Positions 1 to 11,999 of a stretch of DNA of 64,000 nucleotides are shown here, one piece after another. The translations under genes and the position numbers were made by a program. The stretch covers positions 303,614,001 to 303,678,000 of the forward strand of contig OZ024742.1 in assembly GCA_964016885.1 (NCBI GenBank), written 5' to 3'. Positions within the stretch are counted from its first letter, which is position 1. Each line of letters opens with the position of its first letter. The notes beneath the pieces are model-generated. The model searched no databases and had not been told where the DNA came from. It saw nothing but the letters and a program-made list of their open reading frames with translations. Origin of the DNA: Eledone cirrhosa (taxonomy: Eukaryota).

Positions 1-981
1 AGAAGTATATTGTACAACAATGAAATTGAATTAATTTGTTGTTTGGATGTCTAAAATGCACAATTGACTACCTGCAGTCTAATAATCATTGTGATTTAAA
101 TAGTTGACACAAAGGAAGAAGTGAATTTTCATAAACACGCGCAAGTATGATATAAAACTGTCTAAAATTAGAAAGATCTCTATTTAAATAGAAACAATTC
201 TATATTATTAACAATATCGTTTCAATGGCGAAAACCACATTAATGATATATACCGGTTGTAAAAAGAAATGATGGAGTATTTGGAAACAAAATGCTTTAA
301 CAGTACATTTTAATGCATTATCAAGACTGTCAGCAAAGTGAGGAATTCTATATACTAGTGATTTCTAAGGCCCTGCACTCAGCCTACTCCTGTTTATTGT
401 ATTTTTGAAGGCCATATCAGAGAATCATAATATCGGTTGTCCATACTAACTCATATACTTGGGACCTAGTAACTATAGCCGAAACTGTGTAGGCATGTAT
501 ATAGCTATAACATAATTCAGGTGAAGGCAGACGTGCAGTTTGTGAATGTCGGTGAAATAAAAATACACATATAGACCTATTCATAATAAATAGGAGAGAG
601 GACGGGAACATAATGCTATCAGTGAAACAGCCAGCCTCAATCTGTGGAAATGAAGAATATAGAAGTTCCAATAAATCTATCCAGTTAGGTTGTTCTTGTA
701 GGGTAGCTGGATTACAGACAGGCTTACAAAGAAAACACACGTTGAAAGTAGCAGATACACAGGGTTAATTGAAAATTAAGGTGCCAGTGAAATAAATGAT
801 GGTTATTTAAAATCAGTTAATAGTTTCTGTTCTATAAGGGAAGCAATGAGCAATGGAGGAAGATGATTCAAACTTAGAGTTGCCAATAGTCCGATACCCT
901 CATTGAATGGTTATACCTCGCATCATTTATCCGAACACAAATTCTTGATGCAATCAGCATAGGGGTTATGAAAAAAGAAGA

Positions 982-1012
<31 letters not shown>

Positions 1013-1960
1013 TATATATATATATATGTGCGTGTGTGTGTGTGCATGTGTGTGTGAGTGTGTGTGGGGAAGGGGGGTAGACAGATAGGGAAGTTGGTAA
1101 GTGTACACCTTATGGTGAAATTTAAAGCAATGGAAACTACTAATATACCGGGTTAGAGCACAGTATTTGTTATATAAACACGAGTCTCGAGAGTTGATGC
1201 TCAACGTTTCTGGATAGCTATACAAGAACAGTATATCGATTCTATGCAGTTGAGTAAATAGACTCTTATTTGTAAATGGCTATGGGAAATCTAGGGAATG
1301 GGGTCTCAAATAAGTGTGGGATTACACATTTCATGCCTATGTACACAAACAAAAGACACAGTCATTAGCATATATAATGTGTATATTCGACGATATGCAG
1401 TTAATGGACATCTCTAGACGATCACATGTTAGCCATATCACCATAATCACACGCACGCACAGGTACAGAGAAATACACATATATATGAATTTGTATATGT
1501 GTATGTGCGTAAATATTTATGTGTGTGGATGTATGTTTGTATGTATGTATACTTGTATGTATTTATGTACGATAGTACGTACACATGAACGTATGCTCAC
1601 CCTCTCATACCCCCCCCCCCATATATATATATATATATATATCAATTTGAATCTGTTCACCTTCTTTCTATTTCCCTCCCTTGTTTCTATTTGACATCAT
1701 ACAATGCTTCATATATTTTACTTCACAATTACCCATGAGCATCTGTTTAATATCGTCTCATTATAAAGTTGTCATGCTTGTGCACATGTGTCACCGGTAT
1801 GTTGTTTGCACTCAACTATTCACTCCATCCCTGAAGCATCCACTCATACACTCCCTCAAACACAAGCACACCCGTTAATAGTTACAGCCCATTCAAACCA
1901 TTCCTTCATTCTACACACACGCACATTCACACACACCCATCCACACATGCACTCACATTA

Positions 1961-2052
1961 ATCTAAACACACATGCACACATCCAAACAAACACACATGC
2001 ACACATCCAAACAAACACACATGCACACATCCAAACAAACACACATGCACAC
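1961..2052. repeat. 24-bp minisatellite (ATCCAAACAAACACACATGCACAC) x3 plus a partial copy
   Basis: Unit read directly at 1981, 2005 and 2029, with a degenerate copy at 1961. Confidence 0.85.
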
Positions 2053-2490
2053 ATATACACATACATTCACACACGCATAATCAAACACATATTTAGATAA
2101 TACACACATATACATGACCGCACATGTTTCGTTTTATATGTTGTGATATTTTCTTCTCATTTTTCTTGATGATTAAACTACTGTCCATTAGAAAACTGTA
2201 GTATATTGTCAATATACGCTGGAAGAAAATGAAAAAGAATATAAGCTAATTGTTCTCTCTTTAGTAAACATCAGATGATTGTGAAAAGGGCGTAGCAGGT
2301 GAGATGATCAGTAATTGTAAAGCCAGTAATTGTTCACAAACCACTTCAGCGTGGTATACGTGACGAAATAGCTAGGATAAGTGTGTTGTTTAAACTGGCA
2401 GAATCTGAGCAAGGAGACTGATAAGGATCAAATAAGAACATCCTAAATGAACTGAAAGAATTGTGTGCATATATGAAATAACGGCGTGAG

Positions 2491-2563
<73 letters not shown>

Positions 2564-2576
2564 TAATAATAATAAT
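2491..2576. repeat. (AAT)n microsatellite at the 3' end of Tx1-like element 1
   Basis: Direct read; abuts GATTTCATTTATT, the reverse complement of the element terminus. Confidence 0.97.
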
Positions 2577-2833
2577 GATTTCATTTATTGGCCACAGGGG
2601 CCGACATATAGGGGACAATACAAAAGACTGGGACAGTGGGGTTTTACAGACAAATCGAGTAAACAATATGAATAACAATAACAAAGTAACAATAAAGTAA
2701 CAATAAAATTACAAGAAAAAAATTCCCCAATAGGGGGGAGGATCACCTCTCAGGTACCCCCATCAGTCCTGAACGACACGACGCTTCGAGAGCACCCTGG
2801 AAGGGCACCCCTCTCCTTCTCAAGTTTACATAC

Positions 2834-5800
2834 CTACAGCCGCATGACCAGAGTGGGCCCACTCACACGGGCCATTCTCGCCACATTCACCCACCTTTCA
2901 GCAAATGTACTGGGGGGGGGGGGGGGGCAGCACTTCTCTCTCCACCCTCACCTTCCTTTCCAGGTGAAACTTGAAAAAGTTGACGAGGGATTGGCCGAAG
3001 AGAAAAGTGTCTGTCTTCAGTCCTTTCAACCTCGTCCACCATACAACCTCTTTCGCTACTACCACCAGACAGAGGAAAATTGCCTGCCCTTCCTGGCCAA
3101 AACAAGGCGGCGGGTCGATCTTCACTATGGACTCGGCCGATAGACGGATCCGTTCTACACGCGACAACAGCTGTTCAACATAACTCCCCAAGTCAGTAAT
3201 GCGCGGACACTGGACGAGTGCGTGCAGAATGGTTTCGTCGCTCTGTGCGCATCTCGGGCAGGTCCGTCTGACAGCCCTTCCGTGCCTGTAGAGTTTATCT
3301 CGAACCGGCAGTGCCCCCCGGTAGCACTGCCAAGCGAGGGATTTTTGTAAATTATCCATTGTCCCCGGCTCGAAAGTCCTCCGGTACAGACTAGTTAGTT
3401 CGACTTCGTTGACTCCTAGAGCCTCTCCGAGTGTGTCGTCGCACTTGCCCACCACTAATCCTCTATAGAACTCGAGAGTGGAAGTTTCACTGACCGCATT
3501 GCCCGCCTGGTAGAGGGCAGTGAGTGCCTGGCAACATTCCAGATGCCAGTCACCCAGTCTCGGTATCTTCTTGACTCAAGACTGCAGCTCAGTCAAAGAA
3601 ACGAGCTGCGGAAAGGCCCACCTGACAAACGGCGACCACACCTGTTCACCGTTTAGACAGAATATCTGGAGATGCCGCAGCCTCAGCGCGTGCCTGTGCA
3701 TCATTAGCCACGGCATGCCCAGCCCTCCACGTAGAGGGTACTGGCAGCAGATGGACCGCCTCACCAGCGGAAACTGAACCCTCCACAAGAATTTGAAGAG
3801 GACCCGCTCCAAGATGGCGAGGCGCGAACGGGGCCAAGGGACGACAGTCAGACTTTAGTAGATGACGGACGCGATGTACGCGTTGGCCACCTCCGTCCGA
3901 CCTTTCAGTGATAGCCTCATCCCAGCCCCTTTCTGGGTGAGATTGGCTACCCTGCCCGTCACCTCGTCCCAATTCTTATCCACCTGGAGGTCTGCCCGAA
4001 CCAAACCCCTAGCATCTTTACCGGTCCCTCCGTCCAGCGCCTAACGACGCTGTTGGACGGCATGGACTTGCCTCTCCAGGTGCCGAGTTGCAAGCCCACT
4101 GACTTTTCCGGGTTAACTTTTGCTCCCGTCAACCTTTCATATTCCTCCAATAAGTTGCCGACCACCTCGATTTCTGAGGTGTCCGACACCATCACGGTGA
4201 TGTCGTCCGCATAAGCCGACACAGACTTTCCTTATCCCGGTTTGAGCGGGATGTCCTGCAACAGCTCCAGCTTCCGCAGTAAAGGCCCGAGAGTCAATAC
4301 GTACAGAAAGGAGGAGAGGGCACCCTTGACGGAGCGATCGGGAGACCTGAAACGGTTCCGAGAGGTGGTCATTAATTTTGACCATCGAGCAGGTGCCGCT
4401 GTGCATTGCCGCGATCCAGCTTCTGAAGATGGGGCCGAAGCCAGCCGCCTTGAGGACAGCCTCCATGTACCGATGGTCGACCCTATCGAATGCTTTCGAT
4501 TAATCTAAATTGATCAGAGCCCCACCGAAGCCAGGTTTACACCCTACCCTCTCTATGACGTATCGCATTAGGTGGAGGTTGTCGTGTATGGACCTGGTTG
4601 GGATTGCGCAAGTTTGCGCCTCTCCAACCAAATCCCCGACGACAAGCGCCAACCTCTTCGCTAAAACCCTGGCCAAAATCTTAAACTCTGTGTTGAGCAG
4701 AGTTATGGGCCTGAAATTTTCTAATGTGTCCCTCTTGTTCTTGTCTTTCCTTATCAGCGTCACTACGCCCCGGCTCACAGAACTGGGAATACTCCCTTTT
4801 GCTGCCAGTTGCAGTAGAGGGCTTCGAGGAGATTGGAGTACAAATCTGGCATATTTACGTAAAATTCGTAGGGCAGACCATCCAAACCGGGTCACTTGCG
4901 CCTTATGCAGCCGACAAGGGCATCCTGAATCTCGGCTGAAGTAATTGGTTTTTCGCAGCGCCCAGCGTCAGCCATCGAGAGTTGCGGCAAGCCATCGAGG
5001 TAGGGACTGAAGTCCGCCACCATGACTGACCCGCCACTTCCCCCGAACAACCGAGCAAAATGTTGGCGAAGGCCTCACACATCCTCTTGGAATCGCTCAT
5101 CTCGTGCACTTCTCGGTCCGTCAAAGACCGAATCGTGGTTTTATTACCACGCTGCGCCTCTGCCACGCGGGCCCATCGAACAGCCTTGGTTCCCTCGTTT
5201 CTCAGAGCACGCGCCTTAGCTCTGACAATGCAACCTTCGTGTTTCGTATTGAAGAAATGGTCTAATGCCATATCTCGCCGCTAGCACGTCTTTCTATTTT
5301 TCTCTAACGCTACTTCTTTGCTAAACTCTATCGACATTACTCTAATCTCTCTTTTGAGAGCCCCCCCCCCCCCGCCAATCTATTGTTGACGACTCCCCTT
5401 GTCAACTTTTTCTTCACTAAATTGTTGACCTGGTCCCTGTAAGCCTTACGTGTCGGAAATGACATGTTTAGCTTCCAGTAACCAGGTCCTAACCTACGCG
5501 TCTTATCTAGGTCGACCATACAGATCACAAACTTGTGATCTGAATAGGCGACCGTTTCAAAACGTGGACAGCTTACACTATTTCTGTCTATTTTCCTAAT
5601 GAATATCCTGTCTATATACGATCTAGATGACCCTATGCGGTTAGTCCAGGTCCACACTGGCGCATTAGGGAAATCTAGTCGGTACCTGTCAGACAGTTGG
5701 AACTGGCTGATCAGGTTCTTGAGGCTTTTGCACACACACCCCCCCGCTCCTATCGGATACTCCCACACAGTCCCAGCGTGCGTCTAAGATGCCGTTCCAG

Positions 5801-6190
5801 TCCCCCGCTAACAGTAAAGGGTGAGACGTACCCAGAAAGGCTTCCAGTAGGAGCATAGACGGCCACCAGTCTAAAGGCACCACCTTCGTTATTGTTCACG
5901 TCCAGGACCACGAACTTCCCGTCCGGGTCCCGGAAGATCGACCTTACCTCGAGATCCAGGCCTTTAGTAAACAGCACTGCCACCCTGCCTCCCAATCCCG
6001 GCCGGCTAAAAGATGCAAAGATCTGATAGTCGTCGAAAATGGGGGCTAGTGCGCGCGTGTTGGAAATCCTGGTCTCGCTGACTGCAATTACATCCATTTC
6101 TATAGACCTGAGGTCGTTGAGCAGGTGAACCTGCTTCCAGGACGATCCCAGGCCTCGAACATTTAAACATCCTACACTTAATACGGCCAT
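2834..6190 (-). pseudogene. Tx1 element 1 ORF2 (APE endonuclease, RT, zinc finger), frameshifted
   Basis: Fragments MAVLSVGCLNVRGL, LLLAGDWN, SYIDR..SDHK, GPGYWKLN, FRPITLLNTEFKILA, LRQGCP, AYADD, GGLGMP, CPRCAQSDETILHALVQC. Confidence 0.93.
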
Positions 6191-6221
6191 GTTGGCAGGT
6201 TAAACAGAGAGAGAGGAAGGT

Positions 6222-8185
6222 TTACTTACCTTCCGGGCTCTTGTGAAGGTCGGGTTGTTCGACCTCCATTGTTGGTGGGGTTTCTTTTGGGAACCCCTTT
6301 AAAAGTCTTGAAGTGGGTTTTATGTTCGGGGTTCCCACGTCCCGAGGAAAGCTGTCTCGTATTTCTTTGAATATGTCGAGCGACATTCGCACCAGAACCA
6401 AATCTTCCGGCACGCGAAATGTGCTCGATTTAAAAAAGTCCCCCTCTTTTTGTATATTTTCACTTCGTGCTACGAGGGCCATCAGTTCCTTGTTGGCCCT
6501 CCTGACGAGCACGAAGTTTTGTATGTTTTGTTGGTGTGATTTTATTTGTTTGCGTGGCTGTGGTGGTGATGGTTGTGGTGGTGATGATTTTGGTGGTGTT
6601 GTTTCGGTTGTATCTGTGTTTGTTGTGAGTGCGGTGTCTGTGGTTTCAGATGTTTGTGTGTATATTTGTTCTTGCGTCTGTTTCGGTTGTTTGCGTTTGG
6701 GGGATTCTGGTGATGGTGATGGTGGCGTTGATGTTGGTGTTATTGGAGAGATGTTTACGTGGGTGGTGTCTGTGTTTTTTTATTGTGGGTGATTTTGTGC
6801 TTTGTTGAGTTTTTTCTTTTCTTTTTGTGCTTCCTTTTTTGTATTTTGGGGGATTTTGGTTTTCCCTCATTTTCACTACTGGTAGATGAGGGGTCTGTGT
6901 CTGTAAGTGGATCTGTATGTATGTTTATGGTTTTATTGGTGTGTGTATTTTTTGGGGGGAGGGGGAATTTGACAGCTTTCCGCGTTTCCCTCCTGGGTGG
7001 TCAATGTTGCTGGTGGTCTTTATATTGGTGTTGTTGTTGGTGGTTTTGCCGGTGCTGGTGTTGGTTGTGGTTGTCGCCCCGGCGTCGGCAGCTGTGGAGC
7101 CTTTCGACCCCTTGCCTTTTTCAGCAGTTGAAGGCAGAAGGCTCGCAAATGGGTTTTTTCCCCACAAACAAAACACTGCAGCCTTTTGCCTTCGGTCATA
7201 ATGTGAATGACGGTCCCATTCTGAAGGCGGATGTGGTCCGGGATTGTCTTCACATTCTCGGGCCTGATCTGGCCTGATCTGGCCGTTCTGGTCACTTCTA
7301 TAGGGACGGTATCCGTCCCCTCCACAATCACACATCCCAGAAGCCACCACATGTCAAGTCCTGGTGGGATCTGGGAATGCAGAGACGGGCCGTTTTTTTT
7401 CCCATGTCGGAGGGGTACATTATGACCTTGCTGGTTTTGCAAGGAGTCATAGCGTGTTTCATAGCGAGGGCTTCTGACTTGAACAACACCGAAATGGTGC
7501 CGTACTGTCTGCCCCTCTCTATGTACTGGGTGTCTTCTCTGATGCACCTCAGCACGACTTCGACATCTTTTGTGGGATTAAAGCTGCCCTTTTGGTTTGT
7601 GCTGAGATGCATCTATAATGCACCGTTCTGCGCTCCACTGCCTCAATAGCTTCTACCGGGACAGTTAAGTTGGCCCAGGTTTGCTCTTGCTTGATGAGCT
7701 TCCATGCCTGGGCCAACTTTTCATCTTTGTTTGAGAGGTCCATGTTGAAGCATGGCCTCTTTTTTGCTGCTGCCGCAGCGAAAGTGTTCTTCTTGTTTTC
7801 GTTGGGGGTGTTGTTGTCGTTGTTCTTGTTGGTGTTGTTGTTAGCACTGTCGCTGTTATCATTGTTGTCTTTGTTGCCACCGTTGTTCTCGGTGCAGTTG
7901 GTATTGTTGCTGTTGGTGTTGTCGCTATTTGTTTTCATGTTAGTGGTGTTGATATTGTTGTTGTATTTGTTATTTTTTTTTGTTATCTGTATTTGCGTTG
8001 TCGCTGTTACTGTCATTTTTGTCAAAATTAGAGTTATCATTGGTATCATTGGTATCTTTGTTTACCTTGTTTGTGGTGGTCTTTGTGTTATCAATGTGTG
8101 TTAATTTCTTTGTAGCGCTCCTCTCAACTTCTACGTCATTGTCGCACAACAGCCGCCATATCGCTGGGGGGCGTGGCTCAGCCAT
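6222..8185 (-). pseudogene. Tx1 element 1 ORF1 (gag-like, CCHC zinc knuckle), frameshifted
   Basis: Starts MAEPRPP; N/T-rich low-complexity N-terminus; CFVCGEKTHLRAFC knuckle; stop at 6222, about 30 nt before the ORF2 ATG. Confidence 0.85.
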
Positions 8186-8383
8186 GTTTTTCTTTTCTTC
8201 GTAAATGTTTTAACATGTAAAAAAAGTTCAAATATTTCGGCCCAAATATTATACTTTCCCCTTCACGGGGCAAAGTCTAAGGGCTTATATCCCTTACACA
8301 ACAAGAAATATTTAACAACAAATAATTTTAACAGGCAAATAAAGCGACTTACTGTGAGCGAGCTAAATACGTCCGCTTGGACC

Positions 8384-8398
8384 AATAATAATAATAAT
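8384..8398. repeat. (AAT)5 junction between Tx1 elements 1 and 2
   Basis: Reads ...GGACC AATAATAATAATAAT GATTTCTTTATTGG... Confidence 0.95.
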
Positions 8399-8691
8399 GA
8401 TTTCTTTATTGGCCACAATTGGCTCACATCAAGAAAAACATTACAGACGTCACAGGACGGTACGATGTGGGTTTTGTGCGTGTAAATATTTTTATTATTT
8501 ATATAAGAAAAGAAGAAAAAAAACATAGAAACATATATATATATAAACAATAAAAATGAAAATTGAAACAATGAAAAATTCCCCAATAGGGGGGAAACCT
8601 CCGAGGGTTACTCGTGGCGAAAACCACACAAAAGACCACGGCATATGACCACCAGGGCAAACGCCCTCTCTCAATTTTTCCATTTCTCAAA

Positions 8692-11600
8692 CTACAGACG
8701 TATATTCAGAGCGGTCCCGTTCACTCGGACCATTCTCACTACATTCACCCACCTTTCAACAAACTTGCTGGAAAGCAGCACTTGCCTCTCCACCCTGATT
8801 TTCCTCTTTAAGAGAAACTTGAAAGAGTTAAATAGGGATTCGCCGAAGAGGAAAGTGTCTGTTTTTAACCCTTTCAACCTTCTCCACCACACAATCTATT
8901 TCGCCATGGCTACTAGGCAGATGAAAACCGCCTGCCCTTCCTCCTCGAAGGAAGACGGCGAGACCATCTGCACAATGGACTCAGTCGATAACCGGATCAG
9001 TCCTACACGCGACAGCAACTGTTCGACATAGCTCCACAAGTCAGCAATGCTCGGGCACTGAACAAGTGCGTGCACGATGGTTTTGTCTCTCTGCGCGCAT
9101 CTCGGGCAGGGTCAGCTGACGGCACTTCCGTGCCTGTAGAGCTTATCTCGAACCGGCAGCGCTCCCCGGTAGCACTGCCAGGCCAGGGATTTTTGGAAGT
9201 TATCCATAGGCCCTGGACTGAGGGTTCTCCGGAAGCGACCAAACAGCTGATCTTCTTCGACGCCCAGGATCTCTCCGATAATATCGTCGCTCTTCCCCTC
9301 CACTAGTCCTCTATAGAACGGCGAGGTGGATGTTCCACCGATACTGGTGCCCAGCTGGCAGAGGGCAGTGAGCGCCTGGATACATTCCAGTTTCCAAGCG
9401 CTATCCCTCGGTTTTTCTCTGACCCAGTACTGCAGCTCAGTCAAGGAGACAAGCTGCGGGAAAATTGCCTGGCGAAGGCGTCCACACCTGTTCACCGTCA
9501 AGGAAGCACCAGAGATGTCGCAGCCTCAGCGCATATTTGCGCATCATCAGCCATGGCATGCCCAGTCCTCCACGCAACGGGTGTTGACATCAGATGGATC
9601 GTCTGACCACGGGAGCGCGTTCCTTCCACAAAAAGCGAAAGAGGAGGCGTTCCATTTTGGTGTGAGTTGGGCCGGGGCAAGGGACGACGGTGAGGCGGTA
9701 GCAGATGGCGGATGCGATGTACGCATTCGCCACCTCCGCCCGGCCTTTCAGGGACAGCTTCCTCTCGGCCCATTTCTGCGTGAAGGAGGCCACTTTGCTC
9801 GTCACCTCGTTCCAGTTTTTCTCCATCTGGAGGTCCGGTCCGAACCAGACCCCGAGCAATTTAACCGCTCCGTCCGTCCAACCCCGCACGACGCTGTCGG
9901 ACGGCATGGACTTGCCTCTCCGGGTGCCGAGCTGCAAGCCCACCGACTTTTCCTGGTTTATCCTTGCTCCTGTCACCGCTTCGTATTCCTTGAGAGCGGT
10001 GCCGAGCATCTGGACGTGTCTGGTGCTCGACACCACCACGGTAACGTCGTCGGCGTAAGACGATTCGGATTTCCCGCATCCCTCATTGCCCCAAGTTTGT
10101 GCAGTAACGGCTCGAGAGCCAATACATACAAGTGGGACGAGAGGAGACAACCCTGGCGGATTGAGCGCATGATGCTGAACGGCTGCGACAGGTGACCGTT
10201 CACCCTCACTATTGAGCATATGTCGCTATACATCGCAGCGATCCAACCCCTGAAAACGGGCCCGAAACCGGCTGCCTCGAAGACCGCCGCCAAGTAGCGA
10301 TGCTCGACCCTATCGAGTGCTTTGGATTGATCCAAGTTGATCAGGGCCCCACCCGTGCCAGGTTCCTTACCCACCCTCTCTATGATGTATCGCATGAGGT
10401 GGAGGTTGTCGTGTATAGATCTGTTCGGAATGGCGCATGTCTGCGCCCCACCCACCAGACCCCTGACGACAAGCGCCAACCTCGTTGCTAACACCTTGGC
10501 CAAAATCTTGAACTCTGCATTTAGCAGTGTTATGGGCCTGAAATTATCGATAACATCCCGCTTGTTCGGGTCTTTTCTCAGCAGCGCCACCGCTCCCCGG
10601 CTCACAAAACTGGGAATGCTCCCGTTCCGCTGCCAGTTGCAGTAGACGTCTGCCAAGAGGTCACCGAACAAGTCTGGCATAAATGCATAAAGCTCGTAGG
10701 GCAGACCATCCAGACCTGTCGATTTACCCTTCGTGCAGTTAGCCATCGCTTCCCGTATTTCACCGGCTGTTATTGGCGTTTCGCAACACTGTGCTGCGGT
10801 CGTCGAGAGCCGAGGCAGTCCGTCGAGCTATGCACTGAAGTCCATGCCCCGATTCGGGCCGCAGCTGCTCCCGAACAGTTCAGCAAAGTGCTGCTGAAAA
10901 GCTTCACACATCTGCTCGGGCTCGAGCAACACGCACCCGTTTTGGTCAGACAAAGACCGAATTGTGGACTTGTTGCCACGTCACGCCTCTGCCACCCGGG
11001 CCCATTGGACGGCTTTTGTCCCCTCGTGTTTCAGAGCACGCGCTCTAGCCCTGACAACGCAGCCTTCGTGTTTTGCATTGAAGAATTGGTCGAGTGCCAA
11101 TCTCGCCGCAAGCACGTCGGTTGCGATGCCTGTCCTAAACGCCTCCTCTAGCTTTCTGACTAGCTCTCCCTCTACTCTATTTTCCTCTATCACTAGTCCT
11201 TTGCTAAACCTAAGCGACTCTACTTTAATTACTTTTTTCGGGGCGAACCACCACCTGTTGTTGACGACCGCTCCCGTCAACGTCCGCTTAACTAATACGC
11301 TAATCCGGTCTCTGTAGGCTTTGCACGCCGGGAAAGACGCGTTAGGCTTCCAGTAACCGGGCCTTTGTCTATGAAGTCTGTCTTTGTCGATCTCACAGAT
11401 CACAAATTTGTGGTCTGTGTAGTCGATTATTTTAAATTGTGGACAACTTATACCAGCCTTATCTAGTTCTCTGCAGAATACCCTATCGATATACGATCTG
11501 GACGACCCGATGCGGTTTGTTCATGTCCACATTGGCACATTCGGGTATCCAGTCGATACCTGTCAGACAGTTCAAAACGCCTGAGCAGGTTGGTGAGGCT

Positions 11601-11980
11601 CTTGCACCCTCCTCCCCTATCCACAAGCCCCACACAGTCGGGGCATAGACGGCTACTAGCCTTAAAGCGTTGCCTTTGGTGCCGCTTACGTCCAGCTCCA
11701 CCGACTTACCTTCTGGGTCTAGGAAGATGGCCCGTATGGCGAGATCCAAGCCACTCCGGAGAAGGACGGTAACCCCTCCCCCCGATCCTGGACGGCTGGG
11801 AGATGCGTATACATCGTAGCCGCCGAAGATCGGTGCGAAGGCTCGTGCTTCGGAGATTCTGGTCTCACTGATGGCCACCGCATCTATGTTTAGTGACCTG
11901 AAGTCGTTGAGCAGTTGACCCTGCTTCCAAGATGACCCCAGGCTACGTGCATGTATACTGCCTATTCTGAGTACGGCCAT
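8692..11980 (-). pseudogene. Tx1 element 2 ORF2, with stops, frameshifts and small deletions
   Basis: ORF fragments 11483-11980, 10981-11403, 9973-10746, 9590-10219, 9112-9501 and 8692-8892 are colinear with the ORF2s of elements 1 and 3. Confidence 0.92.
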
Positions 11981-11999
11981 GTTGGATTAGAAACGTGGC

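Larger units (their letters stand above)
2577..8383 (-). mobile_element. Full-length, degraded L1/Tx1-clade LINE (element 1)
   Basis: 5'UTR at 8186-8383, ORF1 with a CCHC knuckle, ORF2 with APE endonuclease, RT (AYADD) and C-terminal CPRC..H..C finger, then a 3'UTR ending AATAAATGAAATC followed by (ATT)n. Confidence 0.93.

Noticed and set aside
240-960. Possible host exon or decayed coding sequence
   Set aside because: Frequent stops in the frames examined and no recognisable motif.
9326-10195. 289-aa plus-strand ORF and other antisense ORFs inside the LINEs
   Set aside because: Antisense shadows of GC-rich ORF2; not preserved as one frame in the other two elements.
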